A stretch of 64,000 bases of DNA from Longimicrobiales bacterium (GCA_965203485.1 OZ241892.1:2624001-2688000); one strand, 5' to 3'; positions 10,404 through 21,122 are shown, counted from the stretch's first letter. The notes: generated by a model from the sequence alone, not told the origin. Program-made: numbers and translations.

Positions 10404-10814
10404 GTGACTTCCTACGCGCTCCATCGGCTGGCCGACATCCTGCTTCTCGCTTTCCATGGCTCGCTCGTGGTCTTCAACGCCTGCGGTTGGGCTTGGCGAA
10501 GAACGAGACGCCTTCATCTGTGCACGATTGCGGCGACGCTCGCATCCTGGTTCGGCCTCGGTCTTGTCTACGGCTGGGGATATTGCCCGCTGACCGACTG
10601 GCACTGGCGCGTGAAGCACGCGCTGGGAGAGGCCGCATTGCCAGCTTCGTGGGTGAAGTACCATCTGGACCGGATCACCGGGCTCGCTTGGGACCCGGCC
10701 GTCGTGGACGCGCTCGTCGTCGCCACGGCCACGGCGGCTCTGGGCTTGTCCGCTTGCTTGACGTACAGGGACCGCAGGGCCAGTCGACTTGGCTGCGCGA
10801 CAAGTCGGCGCTGA
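10404..10814 (+). CDS. DUF2784-family membrane protein
   Basis: LADILLLAFH..LHL..GWGYCPLTDWHW pattern; GTG start inferred. Confidence 0.75.
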   Translation: MTSYALHRLADILLLAFHGSLVVFNACGWAWRRTRRLHLCTIAATLASWFGLGLVYGWGYCPLTDWHWRVKHALGEAALPASWVKYHLDRITGLAWDPAVVDALVVATATAALGLSACLTYRDRRASRLGCATSRR

Positions 10815-10846
10815 GTCCAGCCAGAGAGGGGACCCGCCGACTTCCC

Positions 10847-10881
10847 ACAGATTCTCCGACAAATTGTCCCTAGAATCTGTC
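10847..10881. repeat. Intergenic copy 1 of the GACARATTC/AGAATYTGTC palindromic motif
   Basis: ACAGATTCTCCGACAAATTGTCCCTAGAATCTGTC; related copies at 25684 and 25799. Confidence 0.65.
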
Positions 10882-11063
10882 CGCCCGCGCCTGGGCATCG
10901 CGGACGCCCCGACGTCCCGCACGGCAGCGAGCTGGAACCGATGGCGCCTTGCCCGTCTTGACGAGACCGCGCACCCTAATGGGACGCTCCCGGCGGCCCG
11001 GCGCCGCTCGAAGCGGAGAGCCGGCCCGCCCCGTCCTGCCGCTTGCCGAGGATTCCGTTCGTC

Positions 11064-12380
11064 ATGACCGTTCCCACACGCCGCTCGTTTCTCGCCGAGA
11101 TGATGGCCGTCGCCGCGTTGCCCAAGGCCGTCTCGGGCGGCGGCCGCCTGGAGCACGGGGAGCACGCGCCGGGCGCTCCGGCGCTGGAGGACTTCCCGGC
11201 TTCGCCTGCCGGCTTCCCGGTTGCGCCTGCCGACGAGTCGTACTGGGAGCAGGTCCGGGCGCAGTTCGCGTTTCGGGAGGAGCGGGTTCCGATGAACGCG
11301 GCCAACCTGTGCCCGTCGCCGCGCGCGGTCGCAGGCAGGGTGGAGGAGCTCACGCGGGACATCGACCGGGACTGCTCGTTCAACAACCGGGCCAAGTTCG
11401 GAGCGATGCTGGAGGAGTCGAGGGCGCAAGTGGCGGCGCAACTCCGGGTCGGCGCGGACGAAATCGCGCTTGTGCGCAACACGAGCGAGGCGAACAACAC
11501 GGTGAACGCCGGCGTGCATCTCTCGCCGGGCGACGAAATAGTCCTTTGGGACCAAAACCACCCGACCAACAACGTTGCCTGGGACGTGAGGGCCGCCCGC
11601 TTCGGCTTCACGGTCAAGCGCGTGCAGGTTCCCCCGCATCCGTCCGAGCCCGGCGACCTGGCCGCCCCCTTCGTGGAGGCGCTTTCCGCCCGAACCCGGG
11701 TCCTGGCGGTCACCCACGTGTCCAACGTCAGCGGCATCCGTCTGCCCGTGCGCGAGCTGGCGGCCGAGGCCCGGCGCCGGGGCATCCACTTCCATGTGGA
11801 CGGCGCGCAGACATGGGGCGCACTGGACGTGAACCTCCGGGAGATGGGGTGCGATTCGTACTCCGCGTCCGCCCACAAGTGGTTCATGGGTCCGAAGGAG
11901 GCCGGACTCCTCTACGTACGCGAAGAGCGCATCCCGGAGTTGTGGCCCGCCGGCGTGGCCCCGGGTTGGGGCGCCGACGCGGAGCCGGACGTGAAGGGCG
12001 CCCGCAAGTTCGAGTCCCTGGGCCAGCGCGACGACGCGTGCCTGGCCGCCGTCGCCACCGCAGCCGCGTTCCATTCCGCCATTGCGCCGCCCGTCGGCGC
12101 CGCCCGCGTGGCCCATTTGGCAACCGCCCTCAAGGAGCGGCTCGCAGACGCGGGACTGACGCTCGTCACGCCGATGGCGCAAGAACTCTCCGGCGGCGTC
12201 TGCATCGTCGAGGCGCCCGGCGACGGCCGCACCGCCGTCAACCGCCTCTACGAGGAACACGGCGTCGCCGGCGCCGCTACCGGCGGCCTGCGCCTCTGCC
12301 CGCACGTCTACAACACCATCGCCCACGTCCAGCGCGCGGCCGACGGGGCCAAGGCGCTTCGAGACGTCATTCTGGGATAG
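11064..12380 (+). CDS. Tat-exported class V PLP aminotransferase (isopenicillin-N-epimerase/cysteine desulfurase-like)
   Basis: TRRSFL Tat motif, RNTSEA, HVDGAQ, SAHKW (PLP lysine). Confidence 0.88.
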   Translation: MTVPTRRSFLAEMMAVAALPKAVSGGGRLEHGEHAPGAPALEDFPASPAGFPVAPADESYWEQVRAQFAFREERVPMNAANLCPSPRAVAGRVEELTRDIDRDCSFNNRAKFGAMLEESRAQVAAQLRVGADEIALVRNTSEANNTVNAGVHLSPGDEIVLWDQNHPTNNVAWDVRAARFGFTVKRVQVPPHPSEPGDLAAPFVEALSARTRVLAVTHVSNVSGIRLPVRELAAEARRRGIHFHVDGAQTWGALDVNLREMGCDSYSASAHKWFMGPKEAGLLYVREERIPELWPAGVAPGWGADAEPDVKGARKFESLGQRDDACLAAVATAAAFHSAIAPPVGAARVAHLATALKERLADAGLTLVTPMAQELSGGVCIVEAPGDGRTAVNRLYEEHGVAGAATGGLRLCPHVYNTIAHVQRAADGAKALRDVILG

Positions 12381-12548
12381 AAGGGCGCCGAGGCGTGCAC
12401 GTTCCGGTCGGCGGCGGCACCGACAACAGACCCCTCGCAACGGCTTGCAGACGGCGACGCCGCTCCGTATCTTCTTGTCTTCGAGTCGGCACCTCGCGAG
12501 ACGGCGCTCCGTCTTCCCCCGCCCGTTGACGGCAGAGGCAAGCCCAAC

Positions 12549-12992
12549 ATGCGAAGCGAAGCCGAGAACGCAAGCGCTCCGTCCGGCGAGCATCGCTGGC
12601 GCTACCGGCTCGCCTCTTTCTCGCGTGCGTACTCCCTGTTGCGCGAAGCCTTGGAGCACGATGTCGATGCCTTGAATCCATTGGAAATGGAGGGATTGAT
12701 CCAGCGCTTCGAATACACTTTCGAGCTGGGCTGGAAACTTCTCAAGGATCGTTTGGAGTACGACGGGCTTGCTCTCCCCGTCACGACTCCGCGATCCGTT
12801 GTTCGGGCCGCTTACGAAGCCCGTCTGATTGAAGACGGAGAAGTCTGGATGGACATGCTGACCGATCGCAACCGGACGTCGCACAGGTACGACGAAGAAC
12901 TGATCGAAGACGTCGTCAGGAACGTTCAGTCCCGCTACCTGACGGCATTCGGCTTCTTGCACGAGCATTCGCTCCAGGCCGAGGACCGATAG
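12549..12992 (+). CDS. HEPN toxin / nucleotidyltransferase substrate-binding protein (HI0074 family)
   Basis: GLIQRFEYTFELGWKLLK, WMDMLTDRNRTSHRY (R-x4-H). Confidence 0.9.
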   Translation: MRSEAENASAPSGEHRWRYRLASFSRAYSLLREALEHDVDALNPLEMEGLIQRFEYTFELGWKLLKDRLEYDGLALPVTTPRSVVRAAYEARLIEDGEVWMDMLTDRNRTSHRYDEELIEDVVRNVQSRYLTAFGFLHEHSLQAEDR

Positions 12993-12994
12993 GC

Positions 12995-13366
12995 GTGGCC
13001 GATCTGCCCGCCTCGCTCCGCATTCCGCGGACGAGCCGCCGGACGCATTCGACGCGACGGAGCGCACCCGATCTTCCTGCCGCTTCGCTCCGCATACTGA
13101 CGGACGTCTTCTCCTCTTACCCCGAGTTGGAAAAGGTTGTCTTGTTCGGCTCTCGCGCCAGCGGCGCCGCCCGTCACTGGTCGGACATCGACTTGGCTAC
13201 CCACGGCATCGTCGGCGCCCGGTATCGCCTCGGGCGGCTCGCGCTCGATCTCGAAGACACGAGCATACCCCAAAGATGCGACGTTCTGGCGTACGAAGAG
13301 ATCGACTACGCGCCTCTCAAGGAACATGTGAACAACACCGGAATCGTCATCTACGCGCGAGGCTAG
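12995..13366 (+). CDS. Minimal nucleotidyltransferase (MNT) antitoxin
   Basis: VVLFGSRASG..SDIDLA, 2 nt after the HEPN gene. Confidence 0.88.
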   Translation: MADLPASLRIPRTSRRTHSTRRSAPDLPAASLRILTDVFSSYPELEKVVLFGSRASGAARHWSDIDLATHGIVGARYRLGRLALDLEDTSIPQRCDVLAYEEIDYAPLKEHVNNTGIVIYARG

Positions 13367-13432
13367 GGACAAGCAAACGGCCGCGCCGGTCCCCGCACAC
13401 GCCCCCGCACCCAACCACAGGAGACGCCCGCC

Positions 13433-15085
13433 GTGCAAGGCTTCGTCTGCTCCCTGCCCGTGGCTTTCGCCCTTCTTGGCATGGCGATCCCACCCGCGTC
13501 GGCTGCACCCGTCGTTCCCGCGGCCCGCCCATCGGTCCCGTCGCATGCCGCCGGCCAGCAGTACGACGTGCTCATAGCCGGTGGAACGGTCGTGGACGGC
13601 ACCGGCGCGGCGCGCTTTCGGGCCGACGTGGCCGTGGCGGACGGACGGGTCGCCGAGGTGTCCCGGGAGCCCATTGACCCGTCCCGCGCGGACCTGGTGG
13701 TGGACGCCCAGGGCCGGATCGTGGCGCCGGGATTCATCGACAACCACGCCCACGTTCAGCAGACGATCGCGCTCTATCCGTTGGCCGAGAACTTCCTTCG
13801 CCAAGGGATCACGACGCTGGTCGCCTCGCTCCATTCGGGCGACCAGCCCTGGCCGCTCGAGGAGTTCGCATCCGGACTGGAGACGGCGCCCAACGTCGGC
13901 TTCTTCGCCGGCCACACCTGGACGCGAAAGCAGGTCATGGGAATGGACGACCGGGCGCCGACTCCGGCCGAGATGGAGCAGATGAAGGCGTTGGTCGACC
14001 AGTCAATGCGCGAGGGCGCGCTCGGCCTGTCGACGGGCCTGCTGTACGTGCCCGCCAACTTCGCCGAGACGGAGGAAATCGTCGAACTCGCCAAGATCGC
14101 GGCGTCGCACGGCGGCATCTACGTGACCCACATGCGCAACGAAGCCAGCGGTCTCCTGGAGTCGGTGGCGGAGGTGATCCGCATCGCGGACGAAGCCGGC
14201 ATTCCAGCGCAGATCAACCATCACAAGGCGGCGGGCGCTACCCAGTGGGGCTGGAGCGAGCAAACCCTGGCCATGATCGATTCGGCCAACGCGGCCGGCC
14301 TCTCCGTGGTGCACGACCTGTACCCCTACGCGGCGTCCAGCACCGGCTCGTCGATCCTGTTCCCGCAGTGGGCGCTGGCGGGCGGCCCGGAAGCGTTCGC
14401 CGAACGGGTGGCGAATCCCGAGACGCGAGCGCGCATGGAAACGGACATGCGGCGGATATTCACCACCGACCGAACCGGCGGCGACATCTCCCGCATTCAA
14501 TTCCGCGTCCTCGCCTCCGACGAGTCCTACAACGGCAAGACTCTGGCCGACTACGCTTCGGACCGCGGCCTTCCCAACGACCTCGAGACGGGCATCCAGC
14601 TGGCGACCGAACTCCAGCTCGAGGGCGGCTTCAGCGCCATCTATCACGCCATGGACGAAGCCGACGTAATCCGCATCATGCAGCATCCCCTGGCCATGAT
14701 CGAGAGCGACGGCGACGCCGTGGGCCACGGCATCGGCTACCCGCATCCGCGCAGCTACGGAGCCTTCCCCCGCGTGCTCGCTCGCTACGTGCGCGAGTTC
14801 GGCGTGCTCACTCTGGAAGAGGCCGTGCGCAAGATGACGTCCATGCCCGCCGCGTGGCTGGGCCGAACCGACATGGGCGTCCTCGCCGAAGGAATGCGCG
14901 CCGACGTCGCCGTCTTCGACCCGGAGACAGTCGCCGACCGCGCCACCTACGCCGATCCGCACCAGTACAGCGTCGGCATCACGGACCTGCTCGTGAACGG
15001 CGTTCCCGTCATTCTTCGCGGCGGTCTTACCGGCCAAAAGCCCGGTCGCTGGATTCGCGGCCCCGCGCGGCGCCCGGCGAGCTGA
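13433..15085 (+). CDS. D-aminoacylase / N-acyl-D-amino-acid deacylase (amidohydrolase) with signal peptide
   Basis: APGFIDNHAH, GALGLSTGL.Y.P, HMRNE, HPRSYGAFPRVL. Confidence 0.9.
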   Translation: MQGFVCSLPVAFALLGMAIPPASAAPVVPAARPSVPSHAAGQQYDVLIAGGTVVDGTGAARFRADVAVADGRVAEVSREPIDPSRADLVVDAQGRIVAPGFIDNHAHVQQTIALYPLAENFLRQGITTLVASLHSGDQPWPLEEFASGLETAPNVGFFAGHTWTRKQVMGMDDRAPTPAEMEQMKALVDQSMREGALGLSTGLLYVPANFAETEEIVELAKIAASHGGIYVTHMRNEASGLLESVAEVIRIADEAGIPAQINHHKAAGATQWGWSEQTLAMIDSANAAGLSVVHDLYPYAASSTGSSILFPQWALAGGPEAFAERVANPETRARMETDMRRIFTTDRTGGDISRIQFRVLASDESYNGKTLADYASDRGLPNDLETGIQLATELQLEGGFSAIYHAMDEADVIRIMQHPLAMIESDGDAVGHGIGYPHPRSYGAFPRVLARYVREFGVLTLEEAVRKMTSMPAAWLGRTDMGVLAEGMRADVAVFDPETVADRATYADPHQYSVGITDLLVNGVPVILRGGLTGQKPGRWIRGPARRPAS

Positions 15086-18000
15086 TGGCACGCCGGCGCT
15101 TGGCGGGCGCCATTGCAGCCGCGACCGCTGCCGCGCTTGGACTCGCGCCTGAAGCTCGCGCCCAGACCGGAACGGTGACAGGTACCGTCGTGGACGCAGG
15201 CACTGGCCGCCCCATCGTGTCGGCACGAGTTCACGTTCCGGCCCTGAACGCCGCCGCGCTGTCGAGGGAGAACGGCCGGTTCCTCCTGCCCGCCGTCGGT
15301 CCGGGCGCGCACGAGCTGCACGTGGACGTCGTCGGCTTCGCCAGCGTCGTTAGAACGGTGAGCGTCCGCGCAGGCGAGACGGCCACCATCGACATCCAAC
15401 TCCATTCGACCGCGCTGGAACTGGCCGAGATCGTCGTGACCGGCACTGCCTTCCAAGAATCGCCCGTCACGCTGCCCTACTCGGTGGCGGTCTCGAGCCG
15501 GCGAAGCCTCGCCGAGCAGGGTTCGCCCCAGGCCATGGACTTCTTCAAGGCCCTGAGCGCGAGCCACGGCGGCCTGGGCGAGCGCCACAGCTTCGCCAAC
15601 ACGGCCCAGCCCGGCGCCGTGCCCGAGACGATCGCCAGCGTGAACCTTCGCGCCCTGGGGGCCTCGCGGACGCTGGTGCTGCTCAACGGGAGGCGCCAAA
15701 CCTACGTGCCGGTGCGGATGTACGGCGGTCGCTTCGTGGACGTCAACGCGTTCCCGTCGATCTCGCTGGACCGGATCGAAGTCCTGAAGGAGGGGGCGTC
15801 GGCGGTGTACGGCTCCGACGCCGTGGCGGGCGTCGCCAACTTTCTCACGAGGGGCGACTTCGACGGACTGGAATTCACGGCCGCCCACGAGTACTACGCC
15901 GCTTCCGGCAATACGAGCGCGGGCGGCATCTGGGGCCGGTCCGTGGGAGAAAGCGCCCACGCCGTGATCTCGGCCGAAGCGCTTCAGACCCAGTACCTCA
16001 AGGTTCGGGACCGCGACTTCGCCCTCGCCCCCTTCGTGCCGGGCGCCGGCGGCTGGTCGTCCGTCGGAAATCCGGGCGCATTTCTTTTTCCGCAGCTTAC
16101 CGGCGACGAGGCGCCCAAGGAATTCGCCGCGGCTCTGCGGGATGCGCAGTTCAGCGGCCGGGTCTTCGTCGATCCGGCTTGCGAGGACTTCGGAGGCCAC
16201 CGCGAAGACGAGACGTGCCGGATGCGCTACCAAGCCTGGGACGACTTGCAGCAGGCGTCGACGTACGTTCGCGCCTTCGCCGAGATCAACGGCCGGTGGG
16301 CAGACGGCGGCCACTACCACGCCGAAGCGCTCGTCGCCCGCACGGCGACGCCGAAGTGGTCCACCACGCCGTCCTTCGCGCCCATCTACCAATACGACGG
16401 CACGCACTTGGTGCCGCCGGACAACCCGGGCCGCGAGCGCTTCTGCAACAACGCCGCGCAAGCCGCCGGATTCGCGTCCCCCGCCGCCTGCCTCGCAGGA
16501 GACTGGTACTTCTACGGGCGCACGATCGGCAACAGCGGCCCGGCGCGCCTAGTTTCCCGAAGGTCGCAGACGCTGCGGGTCGCCGCGTCCGCCGACCGCA
16601 CTGTGGGAACCCTGGCCGGCGAAGACTTGGCGCTCGAAGCGTCCGTCAGCTGGTCGCGGGCAACGGGCAACGTGAGCTTGCCCGCCGAATACGCCCATCG
16701 CCGCTTCCTGGCGTTTCGCGGGTTCGGCGGCCCCGACTGCAGCGTGGAGGTCGTGGCGGACGCGTCGAGCCCTTCGGGCATGGCGCTGGGACCGCTGAAC
16801 GGAGCGGTGGCGGGACGGGGCGGCTGCATGTGGTACAACCCCTTCAGCAACGCGATCCAGCATTCGCAGCAACCCGGTGCGCCGTTCGAGACCCAGGCGA
16901 ACCCGGGCTGGGTCCCGTCCCTGGCCAACGCGCCCGAACTCCGCACGTGGCTGTTCGACCAGGTCGACCTGCGCAGCAGGACCAACTTGGCCGTCGCCGA
17001 CGCCACGTTGAAGGGAACGCTCGCGGAGGGCGTGGCCGACTTCGCGGCCGGATATCAGTTCCGCTGGTTCGGCGTCTCCGCCCAGCCCAACGACGCGGGC
17101 AATCTCCTGATCAACCCATGTCCCGTCCTCGGCGACCAAGGCTGCAACGCAAGAATCGGTCCGTTCAGTCTCATCAACGGCTTCTACCCGGACGACGCCT
17201 CGCAGACCGTGCACCGCTTCTTCGCGGAAGCGCCCTTGACCATCGGCTCCCGGATCAGCGCCCAGGCGGCGGCCAACTACGAGTTCCACAACTTGGCCAG
17301 CAGCTTCGACCCCCGGCTGGCGCTGCGCGTTCAGATTTCGAGCGCGCTGGCGCTGCGCGCGTCGGTGCAGACAACCTTCCGCTCGCCTTCGGTGGACGAC
17401 GTGAACAAGTTGCAGAACACGGCGGCCGTGTACGTGCCCGAAGCCGAGGCGTGGAGGGCGACCGACAACTTCGGCAACCCCAATCTCGAACCAGAACAGG
17501 CGTTCACGTACAACGTCGGCGCCAGCTTCCAAGCCTCCCGAATGCGGGCGGCCGTGGACTATTGGAGCTACGACTTTCGCAACTTGATCGACGTGCTCCC
17601 CTATGCGGCCGTCATGCGCTTGTATCACGCCGGCGGCGCGTCGCGCGAAGCCGTCAAGGAATTCGTCAGTTGCCCCGACGGACAGGGCACCGCCACCTGC
17701 GCGTCGGCGGACGTCGAACGGATTCGCGTGGGGCTCGTGAACTGGCCCGGCGCCCGGACCTCGGGCATCGACTGGCATGCGAGCGCGCGGCTGGCCGCCG
17801 GACAAGGCGTAGTCTCGCTGGGCGCCGACGGAACCTGGACACGCGAGTACCGCGTCAAGGCGCTGCACGTGAACGGCGCCGAACTCTACGGCGAGCAGGC
17901 GGCGGCCGGCCGGCTGAACTGGTTCAACCCGGTCGCGCCGCCCCTTCCCCAATGGAAATCGCGGTTCTCGGCCGGCCTCCACCGTGGCGACTACAGCCTG

Positions 18001-18261
18001 GTGAACTGGATCAACGTCGTGTCGTCCTACGCCAACGAGGAGTTCGCCGGCACGCAGTACGAGAAGATTCCGCGGGTGGCGACGTGGGACTTGAGCCTCC
18101 TGCGACGGGCCAAGCAGGGCCTCGACGTGGCGTTGACCGCGGCCAACCTGCTCGACGCCCCGGCACCGTTCGTGGCCTGGGAACACGCCTTCGACGCCTT
18201 CACCCACAGTGCGCGGGGCCGCCGGGTCAAGCTGTCGGCGACGTGGAGGACGGGCGGGTAG
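15085..18261 (+). CDS. TonB-dependent receptor
   Basis: Signal peptide, carboxypeptidase-regulatory-like N-domain, EIVVTG TonB box, plug (NLRALGASRTLVLLNGRR, IEVLKEGASAVYGSDAVAGVANF), GNPNLEPE. ATG overlaps the upstream TGA. Confidence 0.92.
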   Translation: MARRRLAGAIAAATAAALGLAPEARAQTGTVTGTVVDAGTGRPIVSARVHVPALNAAALSRENGRFLLPAVGPGAHELHVDVVGFASVVRTVSVRAGETATIDIQLHSTALELAEIVVTGTAFQESPVTLPYSVAVSSRRSLAEQGSPQAMDFFKALSASHGGLGERHSFANTAQPGAVPETIASVNLRALGASRTLVLLNGRRQTYVPVRMYGGRFVDVNAFPSISLDRIEVLKEGASAVYGSDAVAGVANFLTRGDFDGLEFTAAHEYYAASGNTSAGGIWGRSVGESAHAVISAEALQTQYLKVRDRDFALAPFVPGAGGWSSVGNPGAFLFPQLTGDEAPKEFAAALRDAQFSGRVFVDPACEDFGGHREDETCRMRYQAWDDLQQASTYVRAFAEINGRWADGGHYHAEALVARTATPKWSTTPSFAPIYQYDGTHLVPPDNPGRERFCNNAAQAAGFASPAACLAGDWYFYGRTIGNSGPARLVSRRSQTLRVAASADRTVGTLAGEDLALEASVSWSRATGNVSLPAEYAHRRFLAFRGFGGPDCSVEVVADASSPSGMALGPLNGAVAGRGGCMWYNPFSNAIQHSQQPGAPFETQANPGWVPSLANAPELRTWLFDQVDLRSRTNLAVADATLKGTLAEGVADFAAGYQFRWFGVSAQPNDAGNLLINPCPVLGDQGCNARIGPFSLINGFYPDDASQTVHRFFAEAPLTIGSRISAQAAANYEFHNLASSFDPRLALRVQISSALALRASVQTTFRSPSVDDVNKLQNTAAVYVPEAEAWRATDNFGNPNLEPEQAFTYNVGASFQASRMRAAVDYWSYDFRNLIDVLPYAAVMRLYHAGGASREAVKEFVSCPDGQGTATCASADVERIRVGLVNWPGARTSGIDWHASARLAAGQGVVSLGADGTWTREYRVKALHVNGAELYGEQAAAGRLNWFNPVAPPLPQWKSRFSAGLHRGDYSLVNWINVVSSYANEEFAGTQYEKIPRVATWDLSLLRRAKQGLDVALTAANLLDAPAPFVAWEHAFDAFTHSARGRRVKLSATWRTGG

Positions 18262-18605
18262 CGCGCCGCCACGTCCACATGGTCGGCGTCGGCGGAAATC
18301 ACGACCGCGGCCGACTGGTAGCCCAGCATGGTGATCGCGAGGGTGACCGCGCCAGGCCCGACGACGATGGAGAAGTTGCCGTCCTCGTTGGTGAACGCGC
18401 TACGAGCGGCGCCCGCGACCGCCACGGCCGCGCCGACTACGGGTTGCCCCGTGGTCGCGTCCGACACGGTGCCCGTGATCATGCGAGTCTGGGCATCGAG
18501 GGCGTGGGGGGTCGAAAGGATCGTGCAGATGCAGACTGCGGCGAGCGTGGTGAGCGCGGATAGGTGGGGGGGGGGGGGGGGGGGGCGATTGCGGTGGCGG
18601 TTCAC
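18262..18605 (-). pseudogene. 5' remnant of a SusC/TonB-dependent receptor (signal peptide + N-terminal domain only)
   Basis: DAQTRMITGTVSDATTGQPVVGAAVAV..TNEDGNFSI..GYQS, after which the frame runs into the antisense of the preceding receptor. Confidence 0.7.
18566..18585. repeat. G20 homopolymer
   Basis: Run of 20 G, inside the signal-peptide region of the minus-strand remnant (poly-Pro). Confidence 0.9.
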
Positions 18606-18616
18606 GGGGCTTCTTT

Positions 18617-21121
18617 CTACTGGTTGCCTGCTTGGGGCTTTAGCGCGGGAGATTGAAAGGCGTTTCGATGCCGCCGGCTCTCAATCTCCTTCAAGATGTC
18701 GTCCGCAACGTCCATCACCTCCGCGGGGGCACGCACCGACTCCCCGGCATGTCTTCGCAACGCGACTATTAGGGGCCACAGCGCGTGCGCCCTTTCTGGG
18801 TCGGCACCCAATTCGACTGCGAGAACATCCGGTGGGCCGTCGGCGGCAACTATTAGAACCACCAGCTCATGCAAGTCCGCCAGCATTCTCTCATGGCCGA
18901 AGTCGAGCGTCCCATACAGTCTTCGAAGCATCTCCCGCCAGTGGTCGGTCATTCCGGCTTTGTAGTAGGTGAGCACTCTTTCCCTTCCCGCATGCCAGTG
19001 CCAAAGCAGTCCGCCGAGGCCGACAATGTCCCCGAATCGACGGTCCAGATCGTCGTGGGACGCGAGAGCGTCGTCGATGCATCCAAGGCTTCGCTGGGCC
19101 CAACCTCTGACAAGAAGCAACCGCGCACCGTGCGCCCGGACTTGAGACTCGCCACCATCTTCAATGTACTCAATTGCTTCTTCGCATGTCGCCAGAGCGG
19201 CTTCTGCGTTGTGATTTGTCAAGAGAACCACAATCTTTATGTAGGCGGCTGTCACATGCTGTCGAACCCCATGATCGCCGCAACTGCCGAATCGGTCGAT
19301 CAAGATTCGCAATGTCTGGATGCCAACCGTGCGTGTGTCTGGAACCGACGACTGCAACGAGCCCATGTTGATCATCGCTTGCGCCACACGCGAGGCCAGA
19401 AATGGGCGATCGTCCTGACCATAACGCCTAACAACTTCCTCGAAGCAATCAAACACCTCTTGGCGATGCAGGCCCAACTCCATATGGAAAGACGCACGAT
19501 CAAGGGTCGCTCCTAGAACAACATCCAACATCTCGTCGTCGTCTCTGTACATGGCAATAATGTCGCCGTAACTGCTAATGGCTCCATCAGCATCATTCAG
19601 GTTCCGCATCGCCGATACTCTGTTAAATCGGGCGATTGCCACCGCACGTCGAGACCCACCAATGCTGTCCTCGCCAAAGCGATCTATGACCGCCTCGCAA
19701 GTCATCTTGGCGTCTTCGTATCGTCGCAGTTGGTAGAGAAGCACCGCCTTTTGTAGCATCAGATCGGCCATATTCACGGGATCAATGTTCCGATCGCGCA
19801 TTTCCTGATTGAGTGCCGCAAGGGAAGCTTCGGGCACCGACGCCAGGACACCGGGATCGTCCGTGGCTACGTCAATCATGGCTCGGCGAGTCAACCGATC
19901 GTGCCGAATCTCCTCGATAAGCTTGGCACTCATGTCGGCGCGGCGGGCTTTGCTGTAGAAGGCGGCCATGAACCGCATCAACATCTGTACCACGCCGACT
20001 TCGTCGCGCTCGCGGCGGATCTTGTAGTACAAGCAGTAGAGACGCTCCGCGGCCGCATATCGCCTCCGCCGTTCTCCTCCTGTCACCATCAACGCTCCTC
20101 GCGCAACAAGGCGTCCAAGCATCGACGACGCAAGCCGTACGCCCATGCGCGCTCGTGCCGCGATCTCCGACGTGCTCGAAGGCTGCCAGAGACTGATCGC
20201 GGCGACATAGACCCGACGCTCGGTCTTAGGAAGCGCTTCCAAATGGCTTCGAAAATAGTCGGTGTGATCGTCGACGAGCGCCACGAGGTCTTCCATCAAA
20301 CGCCGAACGGACTGATGCCGAGCCAGTTCTGCCACGATGGTCAACAGCCGGGGGCTCCCTCCGGTAAGAATCTCCAACGGCCGCACGTCCCGACGATCTA
20401 TCGGCTCACTGGAAGCGGCTTGCCAAAGACGCCTGCATTCCTCCGTGCCAAGAGGCTCCAAAGCGATCGTCATGAAGAGTTCAAAGAACGGTTCCTTTGC
20501 GTCGTCCAACGCCTTGAAGCGGCTCGTCGCCGTAGCCAACAGCATAACGGCCGGCTCCATTTGCAAGGACTCGCGGAGTTGCCAACCGAAATCGGCGTCA
20601 ACATCGTCGCAAAGATCCTGAAAGTTCTCGACCATGAGCACGAGTTGCTTGCCAAGCTGGTCGGCCGCCTCCAGCACCGTGGCGCGAGCCCGATGGGCGT
20701 AGTCGCGATCTTGCCAGGCACTCGCCAGATCGGCATGAGCCGCTTGCAGCTCCTTCGCCAGATCGGGCGCCGTGGATGTGCACTCGTTGGCGAGATAGAA
20801 CAACGTCTCCAGCCAGAAATCGCCTATGCACGAGACTTCGTGACTCTCCTCCATGAAGCGAACCGGCATGAGTTCCCCCGAGCGGGCACCGTTGGCCCGC
20901 AACTCCGCGGCCGCCCTGGCCAGGAGCATGGTCTTGCCTTGTCCGCGAGGCGCAACTACGAGGAGATGCTGACAGGAATCCGCGTCGATGTTGTCGCGCA
21001 ACACTTCCAACACCATGGCGAGTTCGTCCTGCCGCACGACAAACTGATGGATCAGCTCTTCGTCGGACTGAAGCACGCCCGGATTGAACTTCCGAATCGT
21101 GGGACGAGGAGACGATCTCAT
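18617..21121 (-). CDS. P-loop ATPase - wHTH - TPR protein (STAND-like)
   Basis: Walker A APRGQGKT, degenerate Walker B LMVENF, TGGSPR, HTH (TSEIAARARM..LGRLVARG), C-terminal TPR-like helical repeats. Confidence 0.8.
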   Translation of the reverse strand: MRSSPRPTIRKFNPGVLQSDEELIHQFVVRQDELAMVLEVLRDNIDADSCQHLLVVAPRGQGKTMLLARAAAELRANGARSGELMPVRFMEESHEVSCIGDFWLETLFYLANECTSTAPDLAKELQAAHADLASAWQDRDYAHRARATVLEAADQLGKQLVLMVENFQDLCDDVDADFGWQLRESLQMEPAVMLLATATSRFKALDDAKEPFFELFMTIALEPLGTEECRRLWQAASSEPIDRRDVRPLEILTGGSPRLLTIVAELARHQSVRRLMEDLVALVDDHTDYFRSHLEALPKTERRVYVAAISLWQPSSTSEIAARARMGVRLASSMLGRLVARGALMVTGGERRRRYAAAERLYCLYYKIRRERDEVGVVQMLMRFMAAFYSKARRADMSAKLIEEIRHDRLTRRAMIDVATDDPGVLASVPEASLAALNQEMRDRNIDPVNMADLMLQKAVLLYQLRRYEDAKMTCEAVIDRFGEDSIGGSRRAVAIARFNRVSAMRNLNDADGAISSYGDIIAMYRDDDEMLDVVLGATLDRASFHMELGLHRQEVFDCFEEVVRRYGQDDRPFLASRVAQAMINMGSLQSSVPDTRTVGIQTLRILIDRFGSCGDHGVRQHVTAAYIKIVVLLTNHNAEAALATCEEAIEYIEDGGESQVRAHGARLLLVRGWAQRSLGCIDDALASHDDLDRRFGDIVGLGGLLWHWHAGRERVLTYYKAGMTDHWREMLRRLYGTLDFGHERMLADLHELVVLIVAADGPPDVLAVELGADPERAHALWPLIVALRRHAGESVRAPAEVMDVADDILKEIESRRHRNAFQSPALKPQAGNQ

Positions 21122-21122
21122 T

